From NCBI GenBank assembly GCA_035377085.1, contig DAOSSC010000001.1, positions 1 through 41,743 of the forward strand: DNA of 41,743 nt. Direction: 5' to 3'. The notes beneath the pieces were generated by a model that was not told the DNA's origin, did not search any database, and saw only the letters and a list, made by a program, of their open reading frames with translations. This DNA is from Candidatus Dojkabacteria bacterium (GTDB taxonomy: Bacteria > Patescibacteriota > Dojkabacteria > SC72). The translations under genes were made by a program, and so were the position numbers. Below, piece after piece: positions 8,170 through 17,216 of the stretch. The number at the start of each line of letters is the position of its first letter. The first letter of the stretch is position 1.

Positions 8170-8178
8170 TGTGGATAT
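8170..8178. promoter_or_regulatory. Single DnaA box in the dnaA/rpmH divergent promoter region
   Basis: TGTGGATAT, the same 9-mer as at 6376. It lies 88 nt upstream of the dnaA start and next to a minus-strand TATAAT at 8153-8148. Confidence 0.4.
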
Positions 8179-8275
8179 CTTTGTTTAAGTCTCGCAGAAA
8201 TGTAGCAAAGACAAGGGTTTGTATTTTTCTCAAACGGCTCTAAAATTACTAGAGTATATTCAGGTCTCTGTGTAT

Positions 8276-8304
8276 TTGCCAAAGAGGTATGCTTACTATA
8301 TAAT
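8276..8304 (+). promoter_or_regulatory. Candidate sigma-70 promoter for the rpmH operon
   Basis: TTGCCA, a 17-nt spacer, then TATAAT. The -10 element ends 31 nt before the rpmH ATG. Confidence 0.4.
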
Positions 8305-8334
8305 TACCCCGACATTAACTATTGATGATAATAT

Positions 8335-8517
8335 ATGAAAAGAACATATCAGCCAAAAAACTTAAAAAGAATCAGAAAATTCGGCTTCATGGAAAGAAAC
8401 AGTACTAAAGCTGGAAAAGATGTTTTGAAAAGAAGAAGAACGAAAGGAAGAGTAAAACTTTCTGCAAGCGAAGAGTATAGCCTCTTGAGAAAAAAGCCAA
8501 CAAAAAGTATAAGATAG
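8335..8517 (+). CDS. rpmH: 50S ribosomal protein L34, with a roughly 16-aa C-terminal extension
   Basis: The canonical L34 sequence is [44 protein letters not shown]. An additional [16 protein letters not shown] follows. Confidence 0.9.
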   Translation: MKRTYQPKNLKRIRKFGFMERNSTKAGKDVLKRRRTKGRVKLSASEEYSLLRKKPTKSIR

Positions 8518-8521
8518 TAAT

Positions 8522-8860
8522 ATGCTTAATAAAAAATACAGGTTACCTGTAAACCAATTTCCAATTGTATATAAAAATGGTAAGAAAATTCGTGGTAAAT
8601 ATGGGATGTTAATTGCGTTAAAGATAGAGAACAGTTCTACCCCACAGTTTGGGTTTGTGGTAAGTAAAAAAATTGGTGGTGCCGTTCAAAGGCATAGATT
8701 TACAAGAATTCTTAGAGTAGCAGTAGCAGAGAGTATAAAGGAAATGGAGTTAGATAATTGTGGTTATATTTTTCAGTATGTTGCTTTTGAATTTTGTGAC
8801 AGTAAAGATGTTTTGAAAAAGGAATTACAAAATCAGTTGAAAGGGATATTAAATGATTAA
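8522..8860 (+). CDS. rnpA: RNase P protein component
   Basis: 112 aa, positioned after rpmH. It reads KKYRLP...FGFVVSKKIGGAVQRHRFTRILR, with an RNR-like basic motif. Confidence 0.8.
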   Translation: MLNKKYRLPVNQFPIVYKNGKKIRGKYGMLIALKIENSSTPQFGFVVSKKIGGAVQRHRFTRILRVAVAESIKEMELDNCGYIFQYVAFEFCDSKDVLKKELQNQLKGILND

Positions 8861-9095
8861 ACGAGGAGTTTTATTTTTGATAAAGATCTATCAGGCTCTG
8901 TTTTCTTTAGACCATGGTCTTTTAGGAATGCTGTTTCCAAATACTAGGTACTGTAAGTTTATCCCTACTTGTTCAGAGTATGGTTATGAGGCAGTAGAAA
9001 AATATGGGGTTATAAAGGGGAGTATTTTAGCTATAAAAAGAGTTTTAAGGTGTAATCCTTGGACTAAGGAGATTGGGCCAGATCCAGTCCCTTAA
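8853..9095 (+). CDS. yidD: Membrane protein insertion efficiency factor YidD
   Basis: 80 aa reading IKIYQ...CKFIPTCSEYGYEAVEKYGVIKGSILAIKRVLRCNPW. It overlaps rnpA by 8 nt. Confidence 0.85.
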   Translation: MIKRGVLFLIKIYQALFSLDHGLLGMLFPNTRYCKFIPTCSEYGYEAVEKYGVIKGSILAIKRVLRCNPWTKEIGPDPVP

Positions 9096-9102
9096 TTACC
9101 TA

Positions 9103-9132
9103 TTCGCAAATATATGAATATTTGTATATAAT
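9103..9132 (+). promoter_or_regulatory. Possible internal promoter ahead of yidC
   Basis: TTCGCA, an 18-nt spacer, then TATAAT. This is a weak, purely pattern-based call. Confidence 0.25.
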
Positions 9133-9159
9133 CGGAAGTTACTTTAGCCAACTGGAAAA

Positions 9160-10149
9160 ATGTTTACAACAATTTGGAACACAGTACTTTATTACCCGAT
9201 CCTAAACCTTATGGTTTCTTTCTACCATTTATTTGGGGATAACCTTGGTTGGGCAATTATAGCGATAGCAATTATTCTAAGATTAATCCTTATTCCTTTT
9301 ACAAAAAGTCAGGCAAACATGACAAAGAAGATGTCATCTTTGAAGCCTCAGCTTGAAGAATTACAAAAGAAGTATGCAAATAACAAAGAAAAGCTTTCTC
9401 AAGAGCAGGTTAAACTTTACAAAAAAGTTGGTTACAACCCTTTGGGTTGTCTCGTGAGCTTTATCCCTCAGTTAATAATACTTTCCATTTTGGTTGCGGT
9501 TTTAAGAGCTGTCACAAATAATACATTTGAAGGATTATATCCATTTGTAAAGGAGTGGGCATTTGGTACAGGTGATGTATTCATTAGTACTAAGTTTCTT
9601 GTCTGGGATTTGGCAAGACAATTGAATGGAAATGTTGACGGGGAGCAGTTAAACCAGATTTCAGAATTTATGAAGTATAGTCCATTGCAGATTATAGAAT
9701 TATTTAAAGATGGAACAATCTCAAGAGAAGCTATGGCTATAATTTCCAAATATGGAATCTCAAATCAATATGGCTTAACATCCATACATTCTATCTACTA
9801 CATAATACTTGTAGCTCTCGTTGGTATTTCTCAGTTTTTCACCAGCAAATTTACACAAGCGATTCAGAATCCAAATGGGATCACTGCTCCAACTCCACAA
9901 AAAAGTAAAAAAGGAGATGTCCCATCAATGGAGGGTATGCAAAAGCAAATGACTAAATCTATGAACTTCCTACTTCCTGCTATGACAATATTCTTCGCGA
10001 TCTCCTACCCTGCCGCGTTGAGTCTTTACTGGACAGTTCAGTCTGTTATGTTAATAGTACAGTATTTCATCCTAGATTTTGACAAAACAAAGGCAGGAGT
10101 CCAGAATCTTTTTACAAGGATGATTGATAAAGCAAAGAAGAGAAGATAG
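9160..10149 (+). CDS. yidC: Membrane protein insertase YidC (short, Gram-positive-like form with an enlarged loop)
   Basis: 329 aa reading ILRLILIPFTKSQANMTKKMSSLKPQLEELQKKY...NPLGCL. The C-terminal TMs include LLPAMTIFFAISYPAALSLYWTVQS, followed by a basic tail. Confidence 0.85.
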   Translation: MFTTIWNTVLYYPILNLMVSFYHLFGDNLGWAIIAIAIILRLILIPFTKSQANMTKKMSSLKPQLEELQKKYANNKEKLSQEQVKLYKKVGYNPLGCLVSFIPQLIILSILVAVLRAVTNNTFEGLYPFVKEWAFGTGDVFISTKFLVWDLARQLNGNVDGEQLNQISEFMKYSPLQIIELFKDGTISREAMAIISKYGISNQYGLTSIHSIYYIILVALVGISQFFTSKFTQAIQNPNGITAPTPQKSKKGDVPSMEGMQKQMTKSMNFLLPAMTIFFAISYPAALSLYWTVQSVMLIVQYFILDFDKTKAGVQNLFTRMIDKAKKRR

Positions 10150-10193
10150 AATAGCCCCACTCTATTTTGAAATTAAATTATTATATTTATCTT

Positions 10194-10676
10194 ATGAAAG
10201 ATAAAGATATTGTTAAATTAGTAAATAAGGAAGTAGATAAACTATGTAAGCTTCTCGAGGTAGATTGCGAGAGAGATTGTCAGATAGAAGATAGTGATAC
10301 GGGAGTTAAATATATCAAGATATCTTTTGAGGGTCAGGATCTAGGATATCTGATAGGTAACAGAGGAAGGCATATGGACTCTTTGCAATTCATTTTACAA
10401 GTGATAATTGGGAGACAGTTGGACGAGGGAACAGATTTCAGAGTTTTTGTAGATGTTGGTGATTACAGAAAAGCAAAAGATGAGAGTCTTGAGCAGATGG
10501 CACTACAGAAAGCGGATGATGCTAGACTCCTCGGAGAAGAGATAGAGCTTCCACCGATGAAACCTTCCGACAGAAGAGTTGTTCATTTAACATTGGATAA
10601 ATTCAAGGATATTAAGACAGAGAGCAGAGGAGAGGACAGAGATAGGCATATTGTTATCGTTCCTATAAAAGAATAG
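10194..10676 (+). CDS. jag: Jag/KhpB-type RNA-binding protein (KH + R3H)
   Basis: The KH-like motif is IGNRGRHMDSLQFIL. The R3H region is PSDRRVVHLTL. The tracked ORF starts at a TTG (10167); the first ATG is at 10194. It holds the conserved position after yidC. Confidence 0.75.
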   Translation: MKDKDIVKLVNKEVDKLCKLLEVDCERDCQIEDSDTGVKYIKISFEGQDLGYLIGNRGRHMDSLQFILQVIIGRQLDEGTDFRVFVDVGDYRKAKDESLEQMALQKADDARLLGEEIELPPMKPSDRRVVHLTLDKFKDIKTESRGEDRDRHIVIVPIKE

Positions 10677-10698
10677 CGATTGTTGATACAATCGAATA

Positions 10699-12090
10699 AT
10701 GAAGAAGATTTCAAAAGATTATATTTTTCTTGGTATTGTAATCCTTTTTGGTATTTTGTTATCTTTATTCTTTTGTAGTGAGAATCCCCTGCGATTAATT
10801 ACAATTCTTTCTTCACTTATTTTACTCTTCTGTTTCTATTTCTTTAGCAAAAACATATTTCTTTCCTCTTTCCTGTATATATTAATTATTCTACCATTTA
10901 ACATAACCTTCCAGATTCCACAGAGTGTTCAAATATTTGGTAACGATATACTACTGTATAGTCCATATGTAGAGGGTGTGTATGTTAACTATCTTGTCCC
11001 TACTCTTTCAATTCTTGATTTAGGGGTTGTCCTGCTCTTATTAGCTTCTTTACTACATAATGGATGGCAATGGTTTGTAGATATATTTAAAAGATATGGG
11101 ATTGTTCTTCCATTGTTTGTTGTTTTCCTTTGGCTTCAGAATGTTCTATTAAATGACCCTCTGTCTTTCTTAAACTCTGCCAGATTAATTCTCTATATAT
11201 TGGGTTTTCTTTCCCTTCTTGAATTCTTTAAAGAAGGAAAGAAGAAATATTTAGAACCGTTGCTTGTGGTTTCTGTAATATCTGTTTTAATACAAGGAAT
11301 TATTGGGATATTACAATTTACAGGAGGAAGTTCTCTCGGGCTTGGTTTCTTAGGAGAATCTCAAGTAGTAAGTGGTATGCAAGGTTCTAGCTTTGTAACC
11401 TTGGGAGGTGAGGTATTTTTGAGAGTATATGGAACTTTTCCTCATCCAAATCTCTTGGCCGGGTATTTACTCTTCAATATATTACTTGCGCTTACATTTA
11501 TTAATCATGAAAAAGGGAGGTTTAAAATTCTTCCATATATTTTGCTTCTTTTATCTTTCACTTCTCTACTTTTTACATTCTCAAGGGTATCCATATTGCT
11601 AGCAGTTCTAGTCCTAATTGTCTATTTTGGAGCAAAGATTATTAAGGGTAAGTTGTTTGTTTTTTCACTTCCACTTTTTTTCGAGAGATTTGTTAATCTT
11701 TTCTCTTCTGGAGATACAAGTTGGGAGGACAGGGTAAAGTTAGTGAGATCTAGCCTAAGGGTTATTAAGGAAAATTGGTTGTCGGGAATTGGTATTGGTA
11801 ATTTTGTAAAAGGAATGGAGGGGGATGTTCCAAGGAGTGTAAATAATGTTTTGCTTCTTCAACCGGTACACAATTTCTTTTTGTTAATTTTCTCAGAATT
11901 GGGATTAATTGGTTTTGGATTGTATATGTGGTTGTTGGTAGATGTATGTAGAAAGAATATTGTAAAGATTACACTGTTTGGTGTGTTGGTATTGGTATGT
12001 ATTTTTGTTTTGATATCTTTTGATCACTACACCTTTTCTCTTCCACAGGGGATTATGCTTTTGTTTTTATTGCTTTTACTTCTTTTCTAA
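10699..12090 (+). CDS. O-antigen ligase/polymerase-like (Wzy_C family) polytopic membrane protein
   Basis: 463 aa with at least 10 TM. The pattern is FTFSRVSILLAV...large loop...QPVHNFFLLIFSELGLIGFGLYMWLL, an H-N...E-G-G signature typical of the family. Confidence 0.65.
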   Translation: MKKISKDYIFLGIVILFGILLSLFFCSENPLRLITILSSLILLFCFYFFSKNIFLSSFLYILIILPFNITFQIPQSVQIFGNDILLYSPYVEGVYVNYLVPTLSILDLGVVLLLLASLLHNGWQWFVDIFKRYGIVLPLFVVFLWLQNVLLNDPLSFLNSARLILYILGFLSLLEFFKEGKKKYLEPLLVVSVISVLIQGIIGILQFTGGSSLGLGFLGESQVVSGMQGSSFVTLGGEVFLRVYGTFPHPNLLAGYLLFNILLALTFINHEKGRFKILPYILLLLSFTSLLFTFSRVSILLAVLVLIVYFGAKIIKGKLFVFSLPLFFERFVNLFSSGDTSWEDRVKLVRSSLRVIKENWLSGIGIGNFVKGMEGDVPRSVNNVLLLQPVHNFFLLIFSELGLIGFGLYMWLLVDVCRKNIVKITLFGVLVLVCIFVLISFDHYTFSLPQGIMLLFLLLLLLF

Positions 12091-12133
12091 TATCTCCCAT
12101 GGGTTTGTTTTTTGTTATGGCGTGTTTGTGTTC

Positions 12134-12223
12134 TGGCGGAGAGAATGGGATTCGAACCCATGGTATGATTTCTCATACGCACGCTCTCCAAGCGTGTCCT
12201 TTCGACCACTCAGGCATCTCTCC
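12134..12223 (-). tRNA. tRNA-Ser(GGA), CCA encoded
   Basis: The reverse complement is GGAGAGA TG CCTGAGTGGTCGAAAGG A CACGC TTGGAGA GCGTG, a long variable arm, ATGGGTTCGAATCCCAT, then TCTCTCC G CCA. Confidence 0.9.
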
Positions 12224-12226
12224 TTA

Positions 12227-12303
12227 TGGCGTACCTGGCCGGACTCGAACCGACAACCTACTGCTTAGAAGGCAATTGCTCTATCCTATTGAGCTACAGG
12301 TAC
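12227..12303 (-). tRNA. tRNA-Arg(TCT), CCA encoded
   Basis: The reverse complement is GTACCTG TA GCTC AATAGGATA GAGC A ATTGC CTTCTAA GCAGT AGGTT GTCGG TTCGAGT CCGGC CAGGTAC G CCA. Confidence 0.9.
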
Positions 12304-12349
12304 ATATAACAACGCAATTCTATCAGGAAATAATGGCAAAATAAAGGCT

Positions 12350-14182
12350 TTATATATTGTATATCTCAACAATTATTCCTCCCCGTCTCTTAGGAAAGTA
12401 AGGATATTTGGAGAGAATATTTTTTGGGAAGAAACTAGCAGATATCCTTTTGTCAGAGAAATGTAATGTTTGAAGATATTCTAATCCCTCTTCCCACTTC
12501 ATCTCCTTGAGTGTATTTATTATTTCTTCCTTGTTTACCTTAGGACTTACATTTCCTTTTGCTACCAACTTAATCTTAACACCATTTTTACTATCTTCTA
12601 CCACAGAGATTGTCTTCTCTATACTATCGCTTAAACCAAGCTCTAGATTACTGTCACTTTCAAACAAATTCTTCTCCAGAGCTTCTTTTGTCAGCAAGTC
12701 AGAAATCCCTTCGTCAAAACCCTCTGTTAAGTAGTATGTAGCAGAGCTTTTAATCTTTAACGAAAGGTCTACATCGCTACCTGCTGCACCAACTGCAACA
12801 CTAGTTTTTATACTATCTTTTACAACTTCACTCTTGATTGAATCCTCGATTATGCTCCACTCATTTGAAGCATCCCTCAATTCATTTTCAGCTTCTAGCC
12901 CTGCCTCACTCTTTAAAGTTTCAGTTCCAGAATCGACATCGCTTTGAGAAAGTACTGTATATTCCTGTTTGGTTCCTCCAGTAAGTGCACTTGGATTGTA
13001 ACCAAAAAGTTCTGTATCTAAATGGCCTTGCACTACAAAACTTGAATTAGCTTTAAGATTGTACTCTGTTCCGAAATCTCTTGCATGTACACTGGCTTCT
13101 ATATATCCAGGACAAGGAACCGTTGTTGCACTATCTAGAGTAAATACTTTTTCCGAAGATAAAAGAATCTGTCCTGCAGGCAAGGCAATTGCTTGTGTAC
13201 ACGAAGTCGTACCTACAAGCTGTACTTTTCCCGTAGCTTTTTCTCCTGTGTATGCTTTACCTGTAGCTTTTATGGTAGAGGATCTGTCTTTTTCTACTGA
13301 CTCAACCTTTATTGGAATTTTTAAATTGTCAAAATCTATCTGTTTAATATTTTCATCTCCTACAAAGATTTTCTCTATGCTTACCTCCTTGGATTCCACA
13401 TATACTGCAACCTTAACAAAAGGAACAGTCTGTATATATATGATTGCGGCGAGGATTGTGACTAAGATAAGGGATAGGATACCGATTGGAAGATATTTTT
13501 TAATACCAGTAGGCGTAGATATTCCAGTACCTTTCTTGAATGGCCAAAAAGCTTTGAAGTTTACAGTTGGTAATTTGAAACCTTTCTTTAAGAGCGGTTT
13601 TGGAGTGATAGTCTCTTCTGGGAAATCTTCAAATTTAATTGGGACATCTTCTATATTCTCTGGTGCTTCTGTAGGTAAATCTTCATCTAAAGCAAGAAAC
13701 ACTCCCTCTTTCTGAACATTTTTCTCAACTGCTTTTGTAGCAATTCCTTCCCTACTTCTTTGTATTGCATCGTTTATTTTTTTCTCAAATGTAGATGCAC
13801 TTTTCTCTTCGGGTAAATCCTCTTTTTTCTCAAGAGGCTTATCTTTTGGCTTTGGAGCAAGTCTAGCTATTTTCTTCTCCTCAGCTTCTATCCACATTTC
13901 CTCTGTAGGATTATTGGGAGAATCTGTTGTGGTTAATCCGGCAATGGAGGAATTTCTTAGACCAGTTGGATTTTTAATTATTTGTGCTACAAGAACTTTT
14001 TCTGCCTCATCTGCGGTCTCTTGGAGAACAGAAAGATTGATTGGACTTATGAGTAGATCACTTTCGTCTGCGAAGGTAAGTATGACTCTTTCAGTTTCAG
14101 CCTCAAGAATTCCAGTAACGACATCTGTTAATTCGTCATCTCTTCCAATTACTAATTTTGTATTTTTCTTTATTTCATCCAT
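12350..14182 (-). CDS. Hypothetical 610-aa bitopic protein: an N-terminal cytoplasmic domain, a charged linker, one TM, then a roughly 350-aa extracytoplasmic domain
   Basis: The start ATG shares one nucleotide with the stop of the FtsA-like gene (TAATG). The TM is YLPIGILSLILVTILAAIIYI. The ectodomain segment ATGKVQLVGT...ALPAGQILLS...ASVHARDFGTEYNL resembles baseplate-J-like repeats (memory only). There is no FtsZ GGGTGTG motif. Confidence 0.7.
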   Translation of the reverse strand: MDEIKKNTKLVIGRDDELTDVVTGILEAETERVILTFADESDLLISPINLSVLQETADEAEKVLVAQIIKNPTGLRNSSIAGLTTTDSPNNPTEEMWIEAEEKKIARLAPKPKDKPLEKKEDLPEEKSASTFEKKINDAIQRSREGIATKAVEKNVQKEGVFLALDEDLPTEAPENIEDVPIKFEDFPEETITPKPLLKKGFKLPTVNFKAFWPFKKGTGISTPTGIKKYLPIGILSLILVTILAAIIYIQTVPFVKVAVYVESKEVSIEKIFVGDENIKQIDFDNLKIPIKVESVEKDRSSTIKATGKAYTGEKATGKVQLVGTTSCTQAIALPAGQILLSSEKVFTLDSATTVPCPGYIEASVHARDFGTEYNLKANSSFVVQGHLDTELFGYNPSALTGGTKQEYTVLSQSDVDSGTETLKSEAGLEAENELRDASNEWSIIEDSIKSEVVKDSIKTSVAVGAAGSDVDLSLKIKSSATYYLTEGFDEGISDLLTKEALEKNLFESDSNLELGLSDSIEKTISVVEDSKNGVKIKLVAKGNVSPKVNKEEIINTLKEMKWEEGLEYLQTLHFSDKRISASFFPKNILSKYPYFPKRRGGIIVEIYNI

Positions 14183-15429
14183 TATATCTTTATATTCCTA
14201 TTCTTACTTATTTCTAAATCATATGCAAACTTCGTAAGGGAAGCAGGGGTAATGTCGAAAACATGCTTCAATTCCCCACTATTATCTACTATTTTGTCCA
14301 ATCTATCTGGTTTGAAAAATTCAATCCTTGGAACAACGGTAAATGGCAAATATTTTTTCCATGGGAACTCTAGCATAGCTCCTTTCATTTCGGGTAAAAG
14401 AGCACCACCACCACATAGATATATCTGTGGAGGGAAGGAATCTATATCATCACAAGAGGCAAGAGCTGTTTTTAATGTCTTCATCCAAAGTTTTGAAACA
14501 GGGTATACAATTTTTTGAATTGTATTTGAAAGTTCTCTTGTTAATTCTTTTTCTGCATATTTAATCTTTCTTTGTTCCGCATGCCTTGTATCTATCTGAA
14601 GGACTTTTGCTATTTCTTTCGTGAATGTTCTTCCTCCAAAGGCAAACATCTTGGTCTCTACTACATTACCCTTGTCAACTACAGCTATATCTGTTGTTCC
14701 ACCACCGATATCTATGAAGATAGCAGAAAAATCTCTATTAGAGGAACCACTAAACGCTCTTGCTACAGAAAATGGCTGTGAGACAATGCCAATTACTTCT
14801 AGGCCAAGTTCTTGAGCAACCTTTCTTAGTGCTTCAGTATATGTTTTTGGTGCAAAGGATGCATAAAAATGTAATTTTACTTCTCTACCTTTGTACCCGA
14901 CCAGGGAATCTACTGGCATTCCCCCGATTTCCAATCCTGTAGGTGTAATGTGAAGTATATCTATGTCTTCATTTCGCAGACCTGTTCTTTGTCCAAGATC
15001 TTCTTTTCCATTTGTTTCAATCTTGGCTTTAATCTGTCCAATTATCTTGTTTTGTTCTTTCTGTGTCACCTCTCTATCGTAGTTTTCCTCTCTTTGATAA
15101 TTTACGATGATAGAAACACCCTGTATATATTCTCCAGCAATTCCCATTACTACATTTTTTGGTAATTCTTCATCTGCTAATCTTGAGGTTAATTCAGAGA
15201 TAGAAAGCCGACAATTATCTAAGACAGTATCTAGATTAGTAATGATACCTTTGTTCATTGCATTTTGTTGCTGGTCGATTCTAGATATTTTTTTTATATC
15301 TATTCCAATATCTCCCATCGAGAAGAGGATACTTTTCAATTGCTCTGTACCTATGTCCAACGCAATTAAATTGGTAGTACCATCGAGAAGATTTTTTGAT
15401 GAATTTTTTAAAAAAGGCAGTCCTAGCAT
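14182..15429 (-). CDS. ftsA: FtsA-like actin-fold (ASKHA) ATPase
   Basis: 415 aa. Phosphate-1 is LIALDIGTEQLK. The FtsA-style 1C/2B pattern is EDIDILHITPTGLEIGGMPVDSLVGYKGREVKLHFYASFAP. Phosphate-2 is IFIDIGGGTTDIAVV, followed by FGGRTFTKEIAKVL...HAEQRKIKY, and the adenosine motif is YLCGGGALLPEMK. Confidence 0.75.
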   Translation of the reverse strand: MLGLPFLKNSSKNLLDGTTNLIALDIGTEQLKSILFSMGDIGIDIKKISRIDQQQNAMNKGIITNLDTVLDNCRLSISELTSRLADEELPKNVVMGIAGEYIQGVSIIVNYQREENYDREVTQKEQNKIIGQIKAKIETNGKEDLGQRTGLRNEDIDILHITPTGLEIGGMPVDSLVGYKGREVKLHFYASFAPKTYTEALRKVAQELGLEVIGIVSQPFSVARAFSGSSNRDFSAIFIDIGGGTTDIAVVDKGNVVETKMFAFGGRTFTKEIAKVLQIDTRHAEQRKIKYAEKELTRELSNTIQKIVYPVSKLWMKTLKTALASCDDIDSFPPQIYLCGGGALLPEMKGAMLEFPWKKYLPFTVVPRIEFFKPDRLDKIVDNSGELKHVFDITPASLTKFAYDLEISKNRNIKI

Positions 15430-15458
15430 ATATGAAAGTATAACATATTTGCAGGTAT

Positions 15459-17150
15459 TTAAATGATAGCTGTTAGGATAATTGGTTCTCTTTCTGTTCG
15501 TTTATATATGAGTTTGGAAAGCTCCTTCTCTATCTTCTCTCGTAGCTCCTCATCTTTAAATACTTTTTCTCTTTGTGATTTGTTTAGCCAATCTCTATGA
15601 ATATCCATTACAAGGTTCTCTATTTCTTGAAGAAGCTCTCTTGAGCCTTTCATATATATGAATCCTCTAGAGATGAATCTTGGTCTTCCAATTATTTTTT
15701 TGTTTTTGGAGCTAATATTTAAAATTACAGCAAAGATTCCATACGAAGAAAGCTGTTTTCTGTCTTTAAGTACAATATCTCCGATATCTCCTACTCCAAG
15801 TCCATCAATGAGGATTGGCTTAGATTCTATCTTTTTACCTCTACTCCATGAGTAACCATTGAAAAGCCATGTCTGCCCATCATCTGTAAGAAAAATGTTC
15901 TTTTCATCAACTCCCCATCTTACGAAATTCTGCTTGTTGAAATATCTGAATGTAAGAGGACCGTGTATTGGCATTATATATTTAGGTTGTATGAGGTTGT
16001 ACATCATCTTCATATCTTCTTGATTTCCATGACCAGTAGAATGAATCTTTAACTCTATACTATCTTTAATTAAATCTGCACCTAAGCCAATTAATCTATC
16101 TGTCATCTTTTCTATACTACTAATATTCTCTGGAATTTCAGAAGAAGACATTATGACGAAGTCACCCTTTTTAATCTTTATGAACTTATGCTCATTGAGA
16201 GATATTCTGTTTAAAGCAGCAAACCGCTCAGCTTGACTTCCAGTACAAAGCAAAAGAAGTTCATTGTCTGGATATTTTGACATATTCCTCTCTTTAACAA
16301 TGAGATTATCATCTATTTTTATGTAATTCTTTTGTCTTGCAATATCTATTGACTGTTCTAAACTCTTTCCCGAGAGAACTATCTTTCTGTTTGTTCTTTT
16401 GGCAACCTCTACAAGAGAGTAAAGACGAGTAATTAGAGAAGAAAAAGCTGCCACAATTACTCTGCCCTTCTGTTGGGAGATTATCTCTCCTAAGTTTTGG
16501 AATATTTCAGTCTCAGAGGGTGCTTTGCCAGGGTTGGAAGCATTCGTACTTTCCATTAAAGCTAAGTCTATTTTCCCTCTTAATTGTCTCAATTTCTCAT
16601 AATCTGTTTGAGGTTCATTCGCAGGAGACATATCGATTTTGTAATCACCTGAGAAAAACATATTTCCTCTTGGAGATTCTAAAAAGATTGAAAAGGCATC
16701 TGGAATACTGTGATTAATCCCAATAAAGGTAGCTTTGAAATTTCTTCCAATATTTATGGTAGATTTTCTGTCTACACTAATAATTTTGACCTTGTTTTCC
16801 ATTTTGTACTCCTTCATCTTTACTTCAATGAGGGCTTTGGCAAATCCTCCAGCATATACAGGAGGGTATCCAAGTTCTGGAAGTATCCATTTCAGTGCAC
16901 CAGTATGATCAAGATGACCATGGGTTATGAGTATGGCCTTAACTTTTTCTTTATTCTTTTTTAGGTAACTAACATTGGGAATTAAATAATCGATTCCGTA
17001 CATCTCGTGTCCTGGGAATGCATATCCGGCATCTATCATCACAATTTCATCACCATATTCTACAAAATTACAATTTCTTCCGATTTCTGCTGTTCCAGAA
17101 AGTGTACATAATTTGAGAAATTCTTTACTATTTTCTTTCATATAGCCCAT
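15459..17150 (-). CDS. rnj: Ribonuclease J (metallo-beta-lactamase / beta-CASP)
   Basis: 563 aa. It reads SGTAEIGRNCNFVEYGDEIVMIDAGYAFP...GIDYLIPN...ILITHGHLDHTGAL, and the later HSTGHG and PIHG motifs are present. Confidence 0.85.
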   Translation of the reverse strand: MGYMKENSKEFLKLCTLSGTAEIGRNCNFVEYGDEIVMIDAGYAFPGHEMYGIDYLIPNVSYLKKNKEKVKAILITHGHLDHTGALKWILPELGYPPVYAGGFAKALIEVKMKEYKMENKVKIISVDRKSTINIGRNFKATFIGINHSIPDAFSIFLESPRGNMFFSGDYKIDMSPANEPQTDYEKLRQLRGKIDLALMESTNASNPGKAPSETEIFQNLGEIISQQKGRVIVAAFSSLITRLYSLVEVAKRTNRKIVLSGKSLEQSIDIARQKNYIKIDDNLIVKERNMSKYPDNELLLLCTGSQAERFAALNRISLNEHKFIKIKKGDFVIMSSSEIPENISSIEKMTDRLIGLGADLIKDSIELKIHSTGHGNQEDMKMMYNLIQPKYIMPIHGPLTFRYFNKQNFVRWGVDEKNIFLTDDGQTWLFNGYSWSRGKKIESKPILIDGLGVGDIGDIVLKDRKQLSSYGIFAVILNISSKNKKIIGRPRFISRGFIYMKGSRELLQEIENLVMDIHRDWLNKSQREKVFKDEELREKIEKELSKLIYKRTEREPIILTAII

Positions 17151-17169
17151 TATATCAGATATTTGGATG

Positions 17170-17178
17170 TGATATAAT
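17170..17178 (+). promoter_or_regulatory. Extended -10-like element TGATATAAT upstream of valS
   Basis: TGATATAAT ends 39 nt before the valS ATG. The same 9-mer lies upstream of tmRNA. Confidence 0.3.
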
Positions 17179-17216
17179 GGGAAAGCCTTTAATACAATAT
17201 TAGTAAGAGTAATAAC

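Noticed and set aside
12091-12133. Terminator after the O-antigen-ligase-like gene (CCCATGGG followed by a T-rich run).
   Set aside because: The palindrome has no loop, leaving at most a 3-bp stem with a 2-nt loop. It is unlikely to form a functional hairpin.
12020-12344. Plus-strand ORFs of 81-82 aa at 12020-12268 and 12099-12344.
   Set aside because: They run across two well-folded tRNA genes on the opposite strand (Ser-GGA and Arg-TCT), so they are artefacts of the ORF finder.
13059-13715. 218-aa plus-strand ORF inside the 610-aa gene. Similar long antisense ORFs lie at 5843-6250, 26377-26868, 34204-34644 and 40436-40834.
   Set aside because: Each lies fully antisense to a gene with strong motif support or better coding character. 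Their S/F/I/L/C-rich composition is what antisense frames of K/E-rich AT-rich genes produce, and none has a recognisable motif.
12350-14182. FtsZ, as expected downstream of ftsA.
   Set aside because: There is no tubulin signature GGGTG(S/T)G. The protein has a central TM helix and a large predicted external domain.
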